64,000 nt of DNA from an uncultured Bacteroidales bacterium (lineage in GTDB: Bacteria; Bacteroidota; Bacteroidia; Bacteroidales; Muribaculaceae), in contig CAMTKF010000002.1 of the NCBI GenBank assembly GCA_947072905.1, positions 4,334 through 68,333 on the forward strand, in the 5' to 3' direction. The position numbers and the translations under genes are program-made. Each line of letters begins with the position of its first letter. Within the stretch, counting starts at the first letter, position 1. The notes under the pieces were generated by a model that saw only the letters and a list, made by a program, of their open reading frames with translations, was not told the origin of the DNA and searched no databases. This document shows positions 36,223-46,063 of this stretch, piece after piece.

Positions 36223-37654
36223 TTATCAGTGGCGATTCCTCTTTCCCCTGATTTTGCTGATATGGCTTATTGTCATTGTTCTGGGCGTATGGATGTACAA
36301 ATCTGAGCGGGATCTCAAGATCAATAACATCCGTTCGCAGGTTTCGCTTATCAATTCGCGTATAATATACGCCTATGACCAGGATGTGGATCCGCGCGGA
36401 TTCCTTGATTTTGTAGACTATCACTATCTTAAAGATCCTCTTTACGATAAGATTCGATTGTCCATATATTTCAAGGGCAAGCTGATTTATCATATCGGAC
36501 AGACAATCAGCCCCTACATCGACGCTTCGAAGCAGTCGAGTGTGGTTTCTGATATTGACGAGTCGAACAGGAATCTGTACAACATACGCATGAAAGGCAA
36601 CTTCTTTTATGAAGTGTCGCAGAGTGCCGACAAGACAGTGTCGGTATATACGATATTGCCCTTTGACAACGATGTACTCAAGGCATCGAGTGTATCGGTA
36701 AGTATCTATATACTGTTGTTTGTGGTAGCTATAGTGGCCTCGGTCATAGCGTATCTGATGGCAAGGCGCATAGGCCGAAATCTGCGCATGCTCAGCGATT
36801 TTGCAGAGCGTGCGGCCTCCGACCCCTCATTTGTGCCGTCAACCGATTTTACACACGATGAATTCGGCGACATAGCCCGTCAGATAGTGCGTTTTTATAA
36901 TGAACGTTGCCAATCAATACTCAAGCTCAAACGAGAGCATGCGGTAGCCCTGCATGCGCTCAACGATAAGGCTCAGATGAAGCGCGAGCTCACAAATAAT
37001 ATCAACCATGAATTGAAAACACCTATCGGTGTGATAAAGGGGTATCTTGATACCATCAACGAGAATCCCGACATGGATGATGAATCGCGTGCCCATTTCC
37101 TGCGCAAGGTCAACGATCACGTAGACCGACTCATATCTCTGATGGATGACCTTTCGAGCATAACAAGGCTCGAATTTGGCTCCAAGATGATCAATACCGA
37201 GCCTCTCAACTTCCATGAGGTGGTATTCCAGACTGTGAGCGATCTTGAAACCTCAGGAGTTATGGGTAAGATGGAATTCAACTACGACATTCCTATATAT
37301 TGCAAGGTAATCGGAAATGCCGGACTGCTCACGGCAATGATAGGTAATCTTGTGAAGAATGCCGTGGCCTATTCCAAAGGAACCGAGTGCAATCTGGTCC
37401 TCACAGACAAGGACGAGGAATTCTATCATTTTGCATTCTACGACAACGGTGTAGGTGTGAAGGAAACGAGCCTGCCTCATCTTTTTGAACGATTCTTCAG
37501 AGAAGATTCAGGACGCTCGCGCAAGAAGGGCGGTACCGGTCTCGGCCTTTGCATAGTTCAGAATACTATCGAGGCTCTGGGCGGTACAATCAACGCTACC
37601 AACCGCGAGGGCGGCGGTCTGCTTTTCCGTTTCACTCTCAAACAAGCAAAGTGA
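36200..37654 (+). CDS. Membrane sensor histidine kinase (HisKA/HATPase)
   Basis: Two TM helices, HAMP-like linker, NINHELKTPI H-box, NLVKNA, DNGVGV, LFERFFR, GGTGLGL. Confidence 0.95.
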   Translation: MVLKRRISYQWRFLFPLILLIWLIVIVLGVWMYKSERDLKINNIRSQVSLINSRIIYAYDQDVDPRGFLDFVDYHYLKDPLYDKIRLSIYFKGKLIYHIGQTISPYIDASKQSSVVSDIDESNRNLYNIRMKGNFFYEVSQSADKTVSVYTILPFDNDVLKASSVSVSIYILLFVVAIVASVIAYLMARRIGRNLRMLSDFAERAASDPSFVPSTDFTHDEFGDIARQIVRFYNERCQSILKLKREHAVALHALNDKAQMKRELTNNINHELKTPIGVIKGYLDTINENPDMDDESRAHFLRKVNDHVDRLISLMDDLSSITRLEFGSKMINTEPLNFHEVVFQTVSDLETSGVMGKMEFNYDIPIYCKVIGNAGLLTAMIGNLVKNAVAYSKGTECNLVLTDKDEEFYHFAFYDNGVGVKETSLPHLFERFFREDSGRSRKKGGTGLGLCIVQNTIEALGGTINATNREGGGLLFRFTLKQAK

Positions 37655-37769
37655 TTCCCGAATAATTATACATAAAGTAGAAAATGATGAAGTTTTTATC
37701 AAAAAACTTGTATATTTGAAAAAAATAAGGCAACTTTGCGTTATTAACACATTTTACTACCTGACTGAT

Positions 37770-38795
37770 ATGGAACAATTAGACATTGATTGGAAACACC
37801 TTCCCTTCGGTTATTATCCTACAGATTACAATGTGCGCTGCACATTCAAAGACGGTAAGTGGGGCGAGATAGAAGTAAGCCAGTCTGACAAGATTGAGAT
37901 GCACATGGCTGCTACGACCCTGCACTACGGCCAGGAAATCTTTGAAGGCCTCAAAGCTTTCAGAGGTAAAGACGGAAAAATCAGAATTTTCCGTCTGAAT
38001 GATAACGCAGAACGCATGCGTTCGTCTGCCGAAGGTATCCTCATGGAGCCTATACCTGTCGACCTTTTCCGCGAAATGGTTATAAAAGCCGTTAAGCTTA
38101 ACGAGCGTTTCATCCCTCCATACGGTTCGGGTGCTTCTCTCTACATTCGTCCTCTCGAAATAGGTATTTCTCCCTCTATCGGTGTACGCGCTGCAACTGA
38201 ATATCTCTTCATCATCATGGTGACCCCGGTGGGTCCGTACTTCAAGTCCGGCTTTGGCTGCACTGACATCTGCATCATGCGTCAGTACGACCGCGTGGCA
38301 CCCCGCGGCACAGGCCGTTTTAAGATCGGTGGCAACTATGCCGCTTCTCTTGTGGCCGGTGACCATGCACACGAAAAAGGCTATTCTGCCGTTCTTTATC
38401 TTGATCCCAAAGAGAAGAAATACCTTGATGAATGCGGCCCCGCCAATTTCTTCGCAATCATCGACGGCAAGTATGTCACTCCCAAGAGTGATTCTATCCT
38501 GCCTTCAATCACCAACCGCTCGTTGATGCAGTTGTGCGAAGACATGGGCATACCCGTTGAAGAACGTCACGTGACTGTCGACGAGCTTGAAAAAGCCACT
38601 GAGGCCGGAGCATGCGGTACAGCAGCTGTCATCTCGCCCGTTGGTACTATTCACGACGAAGATACCGGTCACGACTATGTGATCGCCCCCGACCGCAAGC
38701 CCGGTCCCATTTCAACCGATCTGTACGAGCGTCTCAGCGCTATTCGTCTCGGCGAATATCCCGATGAGCACGGTTGGAATACTATCGTAGAATAA
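37770..38795 (+). CDS. ilvE: Branched-chain amino acid aminotransferase
   Basis: LHYGQEIFEGLKAFR, LYIRP, KIGGNYAASL, DECGPANFF, ILPSITNRSL, GTAAVISPV. Start moved to ATG 37770. Confidence 0.97.
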   Translation: MEQLDIDWKHLPFGYYPTDYNVRCTFKDGKWGEIEVSQSDKIEMHMAATTLHYGQEIFEGLKAFRGKDGKIRIFRLNDNAERMRSSAEGILMEPIPVDLFREMVIKAVKLNERFIPPYGSGASLYIRPLEIGISPSIGVRAATEYLFIIMVTPVGPYFKSGFGCTDICIMRQYDRVAPRGTGRFKIGGNYAASLVAGDHAHEKGYSAVLYLDPKEKKYLDECGPANFFAIIDGKYVTPKSDSILPSITNRSLMQLCEDMGIPVEERHVTVDELEKATEAGACGTAAVISPVGTIHDEDTGHDYVIAPDRKPGPISTDLYERLSAIRLGEYPDEHGWNTIVE

Positions 38796-38813
38796 TAATC
38801 ACTTAAAAGTATT

Positions 38814-38847
38814 GGGAGGTAAGCGGATTGATATGCGTTTACCTCCC
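38814..38847 (+). terminator. Hairpin after ilvE
   Basis: GGGAGGTAAGCG/CGTTTACCTCCC 12-bp stem followed by CTTTGT. Confidence 0.65.
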
Positions 38848-38859
38848 CTTTGTATAATT

Positions 38860-39417
38860 ATGAGATATCAGGAACTTTACGATAAATATTATCCCGAGAA
38901 TACAAAGTTGAGAGACATCCTGCAGCGACATTCCGAGTCTGTGGCAAACTTGGCTGTCAGTATTAACGATGTCCTGGGTCTGGGCCTTGATGATAATCAG
39001 GTTTATGAAGCAGCCATGCTTCACGACATAGGCATATTTCTGACAGATGCCGCCGGTATTGACTGTCATGGCTCGGAACCTTATCTGCGGCACGGCATTC
39101 TTGGAGCAGACTTGCTCAGGAAAGAAGGCTTTCCGGAGTGGGTGGCGCGTGTGGCTGAACGTCATACCGGCGCAGGTATTACAGAAAAAGATATTGAGGA
39201 AATGAATCTGCCTTTGCCGCACGACCGCATTCTTATGCCGGAAACACTGCTTGAAAGACTCGTATGCTATGCCGACAAATTTTACAGCAAAAGCTGCGAT
39301 ATGAAGCGCAAGTCGCTTGAAAGGGTGCGTGCCTCAATGGCTCGGCATTCGCAGTCGACTGCCGAGCGGTTTGAAAAACTTCATGATGAATTCGGCGCCT
39401 ACAATACCGAATTGTAG
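38860..39417 (+). CDS. HD (HDIG) domain metal-dependent phosphohydrolase
   Basis: RHSESVA, MLHDIG, HGILGADLL, ERHTGAG, YADKF. Start moved to ATG 38860. Confidence 0.88.
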   Translation: MRYQELYDKYYPENTKLRDILQRHSESVANLAVSINDVLGLGLDDNQVYEAAMLHDIGIFLTDAAGIDCHGSEPYLRHGILGADLLRKEGFPEWVARVAERHTGAGITEKDIEEMNLPLPHDRILMPETLLERLVCYADKFYSKSCDMKRKSLERVRASMARHSQSTAERFEKLHDEFGAYNTEL

Positions 39418-40496
39418 ACGTCGACGGTTTGCCCGGCAATCTCATCCCAATTGTATGGGCTGAGATCGTATTCACGTCTGTCGCAACCTTCCTTTACCTT
39501 GCGTTTCATGGCATCAGCAAGGCCTGCAACATCTCCGGTATGGAAAAAGTCGCGCTTGCTGTCAAGTTGTGCTATACGGTTGGCCGGTATGTCACTTGCA
39601 ATAACATCTATGTTGTAGCTCATGGCTTCAAGCAGAGCTATGGGCAGCCCCTCGTGTGATGATGGAATTACAAAAAGCGATGCGTTTGTAAGGAGTTGAG
39701 CCAAGGGTTCACCTTTGATGAACCCCGTCAGTACAACATTCTCATCGGCAGCAAGTTTTTTCAGGCTCAGTGAATATGCGTCCTCATGATCGCTGTCGCC
39801 CGCTATCACAAGCCTGTGGGTGGCCGAAAGTCCCGAGCGCTTGTACGCTTCTATCAATGTGTGAAATCCTTTTTCTTTCACAAAACGCCCCATGGCCATT
39901 ATGTATTTTTCGTCGTCGTTGATACCCCATTTTATGAGCCATTGACGCGACGAAGGCTTATCTGGTATGTTGACTCCATTGAAAATCAGCTTGGAGTCTG
40001 TGCGGCCATACTTGTTTTTAAGAATATCGGCTATAGTGTTTGAAATCACTATAACGCGGTTTGAAAAACGGGTGCCGGCCCATTCTCCGGCTTTGAGAAC
40101 GGTCTTGGCCAGAAATCCCCATTTCTCGCGGTCGTAGTCAGGCCCGTGGTTTGTCATTACCACACGCAGGCCCAGCAAGCGCGCCAATGGCACCAATAAT
40201 GCCGGTCCTATGGCGTGTACATGCAGGACATCAGGATGCAACTTCCGAGCCTTCATTATGGCAAGGAAGGTGTGGGTCACCGCCTCTATGCTTTTGCGCC
40301 GGGGAGCGTACACATCAATCAACTTCACACCCTTATACTCGCGTATTCGGTTGTTTTCGGCGATATAAGGGGTGCGCCTTATTATCGTGACATCGTGGCC
40401 GGCTGCAGCTATGCGCGGGTATAGCTCCTCGCAGTGGGTTTCCACACCGCCGAGAATACCGGGAATACCCCTTGTGCCTATTACAACTATCTTCAT
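39399..40496 (-). CDS. Glycosyltransferase family 4 (WchF/DUF1972-like N-terminus)
   Basis: IGTRGIPGILGGVETHCEEL, GRFVKEKG, PSSHEGLPIALLEAM (EX7E). Confidence 0.9.
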   Translation of the reverse strand: MKIVVIGTRGIPGILGGVETHCEELYPRIAAAGHDVTIIRRTPYIAENNRIREYKGVKLIDVYAPRRKSIEAVTHTFLAIMKARKLHPDVLHVHAIGPALLVPLARLLGLRVVMTNHGPDYDREKWGFLAKTVLKAGEWAGTRFSNRVIVISNTIADILKNKYGRTDSKLIFNGVNIPDKPSSRQWLIKWGINDDEKYIMAMGRFVKEKGFHTLIEAYKRSGLSATHRLVIAGDSDHEDAYSLSLKKLAADENVVLTGFIKGEPLAQLLTNASLFVIPSSHEGLPIALLEAMSYNIDVIASDIPANRIAQLDSKRDFFHTGDVAGLADAMKRKVKEGCDRREYDLSPYNWDEIAGQTVDVYNSVL

Positions 40497-41551
40497 GATT
40501 GCTTTGGCATAACGCCTTGTTGCGGATCCTGACCCACATCGTACCAGGTCTTGTCAAGGCAGGGCTTCAGACCTCTGAGCGAGCGCAATTTGTTTTTCAG
40601 CGCCCATTTCATAGGATGCTTTATGTATTTATGCATCACAGGCGAGGCTGTTCCTACCATCCAGCAGTTCTTGGGGCATTTACGTACCATGGCACGTACT
40701 TTTTCGGCTTGTGGAGAAGTCCAGATGGTCATGAAATCATCATTGTGGATATTTCCCATGGATTCCTTCCACAGGCGGCTTTCCATGCCGTTGCACGGGA
40801 AGACTTCACCCCAAGGGTCAATGAAGAAGTTTGCAGAGCCGGCTTCGCACGGGAGCATGCGGCGTCCACCCTCTATGTAGTTGATCAGACCCATATTGAA
40901 GAAGGCTCTGAACCAAGACTTCGGGCTGCTCTCGGCCAATTGCCATTCTATAAGTTGCTCGAAGTCTGAGCATACTTCCTGTGTGTTTGTAATATGATTA
41001 TCGTCCTTATGGAAATAATATGAGTTGTGGAAGGCTGCGGTTGCAAATTCAAGCCCGAGTTCAAGCGACAGCTTGTAGAGAGCGAGCATGTCTTTGGAAT
41101 TATGGTTGGATACCGTGCAGCCAAATCCTATGTCTTTCACACCCATTCGCTTGAGAGTGAGCAGTGTGCGCAATCCGCGGTCAAATCCGCCCTGCCGGCC
41201 GCGCAATTCATCGTTCTTTTGGCTGAGTCCTTCTATTGATATACGTATTCCGATATTGGGGAATTTTTCGGCAAGTGCTATCACACGGTCTTCAAAATAT
41301 CCTGAAGTGGAAATAACGATACGGTCGGTATGTCGATAGCATTCCTCCACTATTTCCTCAATATCCTCGCGAACAAAGGGTTCGCCGCCGGTAAGATTTA
41401 TGAATTTCAGTTTTGGCAGACTGCGCAGGTCTGATGCTTTCAGTTCCTCCTTGGGATTGGTGGGATTTTGCCAGATATTGCACATCTGGCATTTCATCGG
41501 ACAGCGATATGTAAGTATTATGGATGCGTCTGTTGGATTTTGTATTTTCAT
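40493..41551 (-). CDS. Radical SAM protein with C-terminal Twitch/SPASM-like domain
   Basis: CPMKCQMC (CX3CX2C), LTGGEPF, ISIEG, auxiliary C-X17-C-X38-C-X3-C. Confidence 0.92.
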   Translation of the reverse strand: MKIQNPTDASIILTYRCPMKCQMCNIWQNPTNPKEELKASDLRSLPKLKFINLTGGEPFVREDIEEIVEECYRHTDRIVISTSGYFEDRVIALAEKFPNIGIRISIEGLSQKNDELRGRQGGFDRGLRTLLTLKRMGVKDIGFGCTVSNHNSKDMLALYKLSLELGLEFATAAFHNSYYFHKDDNHITNTQEVCSDFEQLIEWQLAESSPKSWFRAFFNMGLINYIEGGRRMLPCEAGSANFFIDPWGEVFPCNGMESRLWKESMGNIHNDDFMTIWTSPQAEKVRAMVRKCPKNCWMVGTASPVMHKYIKHPMKWALKNKLRSLRGLKPCLDKTWYDVGQDPQQGVMPKQS

Positions 41552-41571
41552 ATAAAGTGTGTCTAATAACT

Positions 41572-42888
41572 TTATTTGCGGCCAATTGAATGATATTCAA
41601 TGCCTGCAAGTTCAAGTTCGGAGGGGTCGTAAATATTTCTGCCGTCAAATATGATTGGATTGCGCATAGTGCGAAGCACAACTTTCCATGACGGTATGCG
41701 GAATTGTTTCCATTCTGTGAGCAAGAGCAAGGCGTCGGCATCAACGAGGGCATCGTACGCATCTGTGGCATATATTACTTTGTCGCCCATGCGCCTACGG
41801 CATTCATTCATTGCCACAGGGTCGTACACGCGGATTATGGCACCGGCTTCGGTGAGTTTGTCGATTACGGTGAGTGATGTGGCCTCGCGCATATCGTCGG
41901 TTCCTGCTTTGAATGACAATCCCCATATTGCTATATTCTTGCCTTTGAGGTCGTTGTTGAATCGTCTTAGAAGCTTATCAAACAGGATGCCTTTCTGATT
42001 CTGGTTAACGTCTTCCACCGCACGAAGCACCTTCATGTCATATCCGGCCTTTTCGGCAGTCTTTATCAGGGCCTTGACATCTTTAGGGAAACAAGATCCG
42101 CCGTATCCGCAGCCGGGATACAGAAATTTGGAGCCAATGCGGGTGTCGCTTCCTATGCCGAGCCTTACCATGTTGACGTCTGCGCCTACCAGCTCGCACA
42201 GGTTGGCAATATCATTCATAAATGATATGCGTGTAGCCAGCATTGAATTGGCGGCATATTTTATCATTTCGGCCGATGGTATGTCTGTGAAAATCACTCT
42301 GAAATTGCTCAGAAGAATGGGTCGGTAAAGACGCGACATCAGCTTACGGGCCCTTTCGGAGTCAACTCCTACTACCACGCGGTCGGGACGCATGAAGTCT
42401 GCGATGGCCGCGCCTTCTTTCAGAAATTCGGGATTTGATGCTACGTCAAAGGGTATCTCTTCACCACGCTTGGCCAATTCTTCAGCTATAACAGCCTTTA
42501 CCTTGGCGGCAGTGCCTACGGGTACGGTTGATTTGGTGACGAGCAGTGTGTATTTTTTAATGTTTCGGCCAAATGTTCGTGCTACATCAAGTACATACTT
42601 CAAGTCAGCCGAGCCATCCTCGTCGGGAGGTGTGCCTACAGCGCTGAACACAATATCCACATCATCAATGCACTCGGCAAGATCGGTGGTGAAATGCAGA
42701 CGACCTTGTTCGACATTGCGTTTTACCATGCCTTCAAGATCCGGTTCATAAATAGGAATAATTCCTTTGCGCAGAGCTTCAACTTTCTCCCGGTCAATAT
42801 CAACACAAGTGACATCAACCCCCATTTCTGCAAAACAAGTGCCTGATACAAGGCCTACATATCCGGTGCCAACTATGGCTATATTCAT
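41572..42888 (-). CDS. ugd: UDP-glucose 6-dehydrogenase
   Basis: GTGYVGL, AVGTP, KSTVPVGT, SNPEFLKEG, IKYAANSMLA, GYGGSCFPKD, KAGTDDMRE. Confidence 0.95.
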   Translation of the reverse strand: MNIAIVGTGYVGLVSGTCFAEMGVDVTCVDIDREKVEALRKGIIPIYEPDLEGMVKRNVEQGRLHFTTDLAECIDDVDIVFSAVGTPPDEDGSADLKYVLDVARTFGRNIKKYTLLVTKSTVPVGTAAKVKAVIAEELAKRGEEIPFDVASNPEFLKEGAAIADFMRPDRVVVGVDSERARKLMSRLYRPILLSNFRVIFTDIPSAEMIKYAANSMLATRISFMNDIANLCELVGADVNMVRLGIGSDTRIGSKFLYPGCGYGGSCFPKDVKALIKTAEKAGYDMKVLRAVEDVNQNQKGILFDKLLRRFNNDLKGKNIAIWGLSFKAGTDDMREATSLTVIDKLTEAGAIIRVYDPVAMNECRRRMGDKVIYATDAYDALVDADALLLLTEWKQFRIPSWKVVLRTMRNPIIFDGRNIYDPSELELAGIEYHSIGRK

Positions 42889-42937
42889 AATCTGATTATT
42901 ATTTAGAAATACGAAGCTATAGCTCCGTTGTAATGTG

Positions 42938-43034
42938 CAAAGATAATAAAATTCATCAACATTTGAAAGAATTATGGCCGGGTATAATTTTTTTGTATCT
43001 ATTTTTGCAGAAGTGGATAAAATTTGTAACTTTG
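42938..43034. promoter_or_regulatory. Divergent promoter pair for the ugd-rSAM-GT4 and GT4-GT32 operons
   Basis: Minus-strand TATCTTTG at 42938-45; plus-strand TTTG (43004-07), 19-nt spacer, TAACTTTG (43027-34). Confidence 0.7.
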
Positions 43035-43059
43035 CATTGAATCATCATCAAAAATATTA

Positions 43060-44250
43060 ATGTCTCTGAGAGTCCTGATTGTAAATAAATTCTATTATCC
43101 CCGCGGCGGGGATTGCGTGTGTTCCATTAATCTTGAGCGCCTGTTGGCAAGTCATGGCCATACAACTGCGGTATATTCAATGTCTTACCCGGAAAACATT
43201 GCTACCCGATGGGATAAATACTTTGCATCGGAGGTGGATTTCGGCAAAGGCATGGCTCATAAGATTGCGGCTCTCAAACGTACGCTCGGTCTTGGGGATA
43301 TCAATAAGTCTTTCAATAAGATTCTTGATGATTTCAAACCGGATGTAGTTCATCTGAATAACATACACAGCTATCTTTCGCCAAAGCTTGCGGTGATTGC
43401 CAAAAAGCGTAATATCAAGGTGGTATGGACTCTGCATGATTATAAGCTGATATGTCCGTCTTATCTTTGCCTGCACGACGGGCGCAATTGCGAGGATTGT
43501 TTTACATCCAAAGCAAATGTTTTGAAAAAGCGTTGCATGAAAGGCTCTTTGGTGGCCAGCGCGGTCGCTTATATCGAAGCGTTGAAGTGGAACAGGGATG
43601 TACTGCAACATAACGTTGACACATTTATCTGTCCGAGCAGATTCATGCGTTCCAAGATGATGCAGGCCGGTTTCTCGGAAGATAAACTTACGGTGAACTG
43701 TAATTTCCTTGATTTTTCGATTGCTGAACGTTTAAAAGAACCACAGTCTGCCCAAAGAGACGATTATTATTGTTTTGTGGGGCGTCTGTCGCATGAAAAG
43801 GGTCTTGATGTACTTCTCGAAGCTGCGCGACAGCTGCCGTATAAGATTAAAATAGCAGGCGACGGCCCGTTGATGCAGGAATCTCCCGCTCCGAATATTG
43901 AATTTCTCGGGCGGTTGAATGCGCTGCAGGTCAGTGATCTGCTCTCAAATGCTCGATTCTCTGTAATACCATCGCAGTGGTACGAGAATAATCCGCTCGG
44001 AGTTATTGAGTCGTTGAGCTGTGGTACTCCGGTTGTAGGTGCGAATATCGGTGGTATTCCCGAGTTGATAGACGAAGGCATCACCGGCCATGTATTTGAG
44101 AGCGGAAGTGCAGAAGGGCTTAAATCTGCCATTATTTCAGCTTATGATAAAAACTGGGATAATGATGAGATAAGAGAAAAGAGCCTGACTCGTTTCTCGG
44201 CCGAGGCTCATTACGATATACTTATGAATGTTTACAATAAAACGATATGA
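43060..44250 (+). CDS. Glycosyltransferase family 4 with Cys-rich insert
   Basis: NKFYYPRGG, WTLHDYKLICP, GRLSHEKG, PSQWYENNPLGVIES, GGIPELI. Confidence 0.9.
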   Translation: MSLRVLIVNKFYYPRGGDCVCSINLERLLASHGHTTAVYSMSYPENIATRWDKYFASEVDFGKGMAHKIAALKRTLGLGDINKSFNKILDDFKPDVVHLNNIHSYLSPKLAVIAKKRNIKVVWTLHDYKLICPSYLCLHDGRNCEDCFTSKANVLKKRCMKGSLVASAVAYIEALKWNRDVLQHNVDTFICPSRFMRSKMMQAGFSEDKLTVNCNFLDFSIAERLKEPQSAQRDDYYCFVGRLSHEKGLDVLLEAARQLPYKIKIAGDGPLMQESPAPNIEFLGRLNALQVSDLLSNARFSVIPSQWYENNPLGVIESLSCGTPVVGANIGGIPELIDEGITGHVFESGSAEGLKSAIISAYDKNWDNDEIREKSLTRFSAEAHYDILMNVYNKTI

Positions 44251-44987
44251 TTCCCAAAATTATACATTTCTGTTGGCTGAGCAATGACCCGTATCCCAAG
44301 AAAATACAATTTTGTCTGGATACATGGAAAAAGAAACTTCCCGATTACGAAATAATGCTTTGGGACTTTAACCGTTTCCCTAAGGATAAGTCTGTATGGG
44401 TGAGCGAGGCTTTCGATGCACGCAAATATGCTTTTGCTGCCGATTATATCAGATTTTATGCCCTGTATAATTACGGTGGTATATATCTTGATTCGGATGT
44501 GGAGGTTATCAGGAATTTTGATGATTTCCTTCATCTGCCGTATATGTTCGGGCAGGAGAGCTATCTCGACAATATAGAAGCCGCGGTGATGGGAGCCGAG
44601 AAGGGTTTCGCCCCATTCAAGAAGATGCTTGACTACTACGAAGGCCGGCATTTTGTAAATGAAGACGGCTCGATGAATACAACTCCGGTTCCCAAGCTTA
44701 TGACTGAGATTCTGTGCAAGGACCGCAAGCTTATGCCTGTTGAAAGTGTAGGGGAATTTCATGACGATGACTCTTGTTTCTGTGTCTTTCCCAAGGACTT
44801 TTTCAGTCCTGTGCATCTGTTGACAAACAAGCTCGAGAAGACACCGCGCACTGTGGCCATACATCATTTTGCCGCATCGTGGGAATCGCCGATGTATAAA
44901 TTCAAGAAAAAAATACAAAGGCTTTTGGGCCATCGCCTTACACTGGCGATAATTGGCGCAAAAGCCTTTGTGAAGGGTAGTAAGTAG
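44247..44987 (+). CDS. Glycosyltransferase family 32 (DXD sugar-binding)
   Basis: MIPKIIHFCW, YAFAADYIR..ALYNYGGIYLDSDVE, AIHHFAASW. Confidence 0.9.
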   Translation: MIPKIIHFCWLSNDPYPKKIQFCLDTWKKKLPDYEIMLWDFNRFPKDKSVWVSEAFDARKYAFAADYIRFYALYNYGGIYLDSDVEVIRNFDDFLHLPYMFGQESYLDNIEAAVMGAEKGFAPFKKMLDYYEGRHFVNEDGSMNTTPVPKLMTEILCKDRKLMPVESVGEFHDDDSCFCVFPKDFFSPVHLLTNKLEKTPRTVAIHHFAASWESPMYKFKKKIQRLLGHRLTLAIIGAKAFVKGSK

Positions 44988-44989
44988 AC

Positions 44990-46063
44990 CTATCGGTTGG
45001 AGTACATATCTTCGTAATACTTCTGATAGTCGCCTGACGTAATGTTGTCGAGCCAAGTCTGGTTGTCGAGATACCACTTTACGGTCTTTTCAATTCCTTC
45101 TTCAAACTGAAGCGACGGCTCCCAACCCAGCTCGTTCTTGAGTTTTGTCGAATCTATGGCGTATCGCAGATCGTGTCCCTGGCGGTCGGTTACGTATGTT
45201 ATAAGTTCAAGGCTGTGACCTTCAGGATTTCCGAGCAGACGGTCAACTGTGGCAATCAGTACCTTGATAAGGTCGATATTGCGCCATTCATTGAAGCCGC
45301 CTATATTATATGTGTCGGCTATCTTTCCTTTATGGAAAATAAGTTCGATGGCGCGGGCATGGTCTTCTACGAAAAGCCAGTCGCGCACATTTTCACCTTT
45401 GCCATACACGGGCAGAGGTTTGTGATGACGTATATTGTTGATAAACAATGGTATCAGCTTCTCGGGGAATTGGTATGGACCATAGTTGTTGGAGCAGTTT
45501 GTAACTATGGCAGGCATACCGTAGGTGTCGTGATATGCGCGCACAAAGTGGTCGCTCGATGCCTTGGAAGCGGAGTAGGGCGAATGGGGTGAATACGGAG
45601 TGGTCTCGGTAAACAGTTCTTTGCCCGGTTTTAAGGCTCCATATACCTCGTCGGTAGATATATGGTAGAAGAGTTTGCCTTCATATCCTTGTGCTGACTT
45701 TTCCCAGTATTCTCTGGCGGCCTGGAGCAGCGACAGGGTGCCCATGACATTTGTATTGGCAAATTCAAACGGATTCAGAATAGAACGGTCCACATGGCTT
45801 TCTGCTGCCAGATGAATGATTCCGTCTATGTTGTAGTCGGCCATTACCTTGCGCATGGTTTCTATATCCGTTATGTCAGCCTTAACAAACACATAATTGG
45901 GCATATTCTCTATATCGCGCAGATTTTCGAGATTACCGGCATAGGTAAGCTTGTCGAGATTCACAATGCGATAATCGGGGTGTTTGGTCACAAAAAGTCT
46001 TACCACGTGCGAGCCTATGAATCCTGCTCCACCGGTTATAAGTATATTCCGTTTAAAATCCAT
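44990..46063 (-). CDS. rmlB: dTDP-glucose 4,6-dehydratase
   Basis: TGGAGFIGS, DKLTYAGNL, HLAAESHVDRSI, HISTDEVYG, SPYSASKA, NNYGPYQFPEKLIP. Confidence 0.97.
   Translation of the reverse strand: MDFKRNILITGGAGFIGSHVVRLFVTKHPDYRIVNLDKLTYAGNLENLRDIENMPNYVFVKADITDIETMRKVMADYNIDGIIHLAAESHVDRSILNPFEFANTNVMGTLSLLQAAREYWEKSAQGYEGKLFYHISTDEVYGALKPGKELFTETTPYSPHSPYSASKASSDHFVRAYHDTYGMPAIVTNCSNNYGPYQFPEKLIPLFINNIRHHKPLPVYGKGENVRDWLFVEDHARAIELIFHKGKIADTYNIGGFNEWRNIDLIKVLIATVDRLLGNPEGHSLELITYVTDRQGHDLRYAIDSTKLKNELGWEPSLQFEEGIEKTVKWYLDNQTWLDNITSGDYQKYYEDMYSNR

Noticed and set aside
42889-43059. Invertible (phase-variable) promoter in the glycan loci, also checked 6570-6767 and 47521-47632
   Set aside because: No flanking inverted repeats of adequate length and no recombinase gene in the window.
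44232-45077. 281-aa minus-strand ORF covering GT32 and starting inside rmlB
   Set aside because: Fully antisense to a motif-rich GT32 and out of frame with rmlB, with no recognisable domain. Only proteomics could rescue it.
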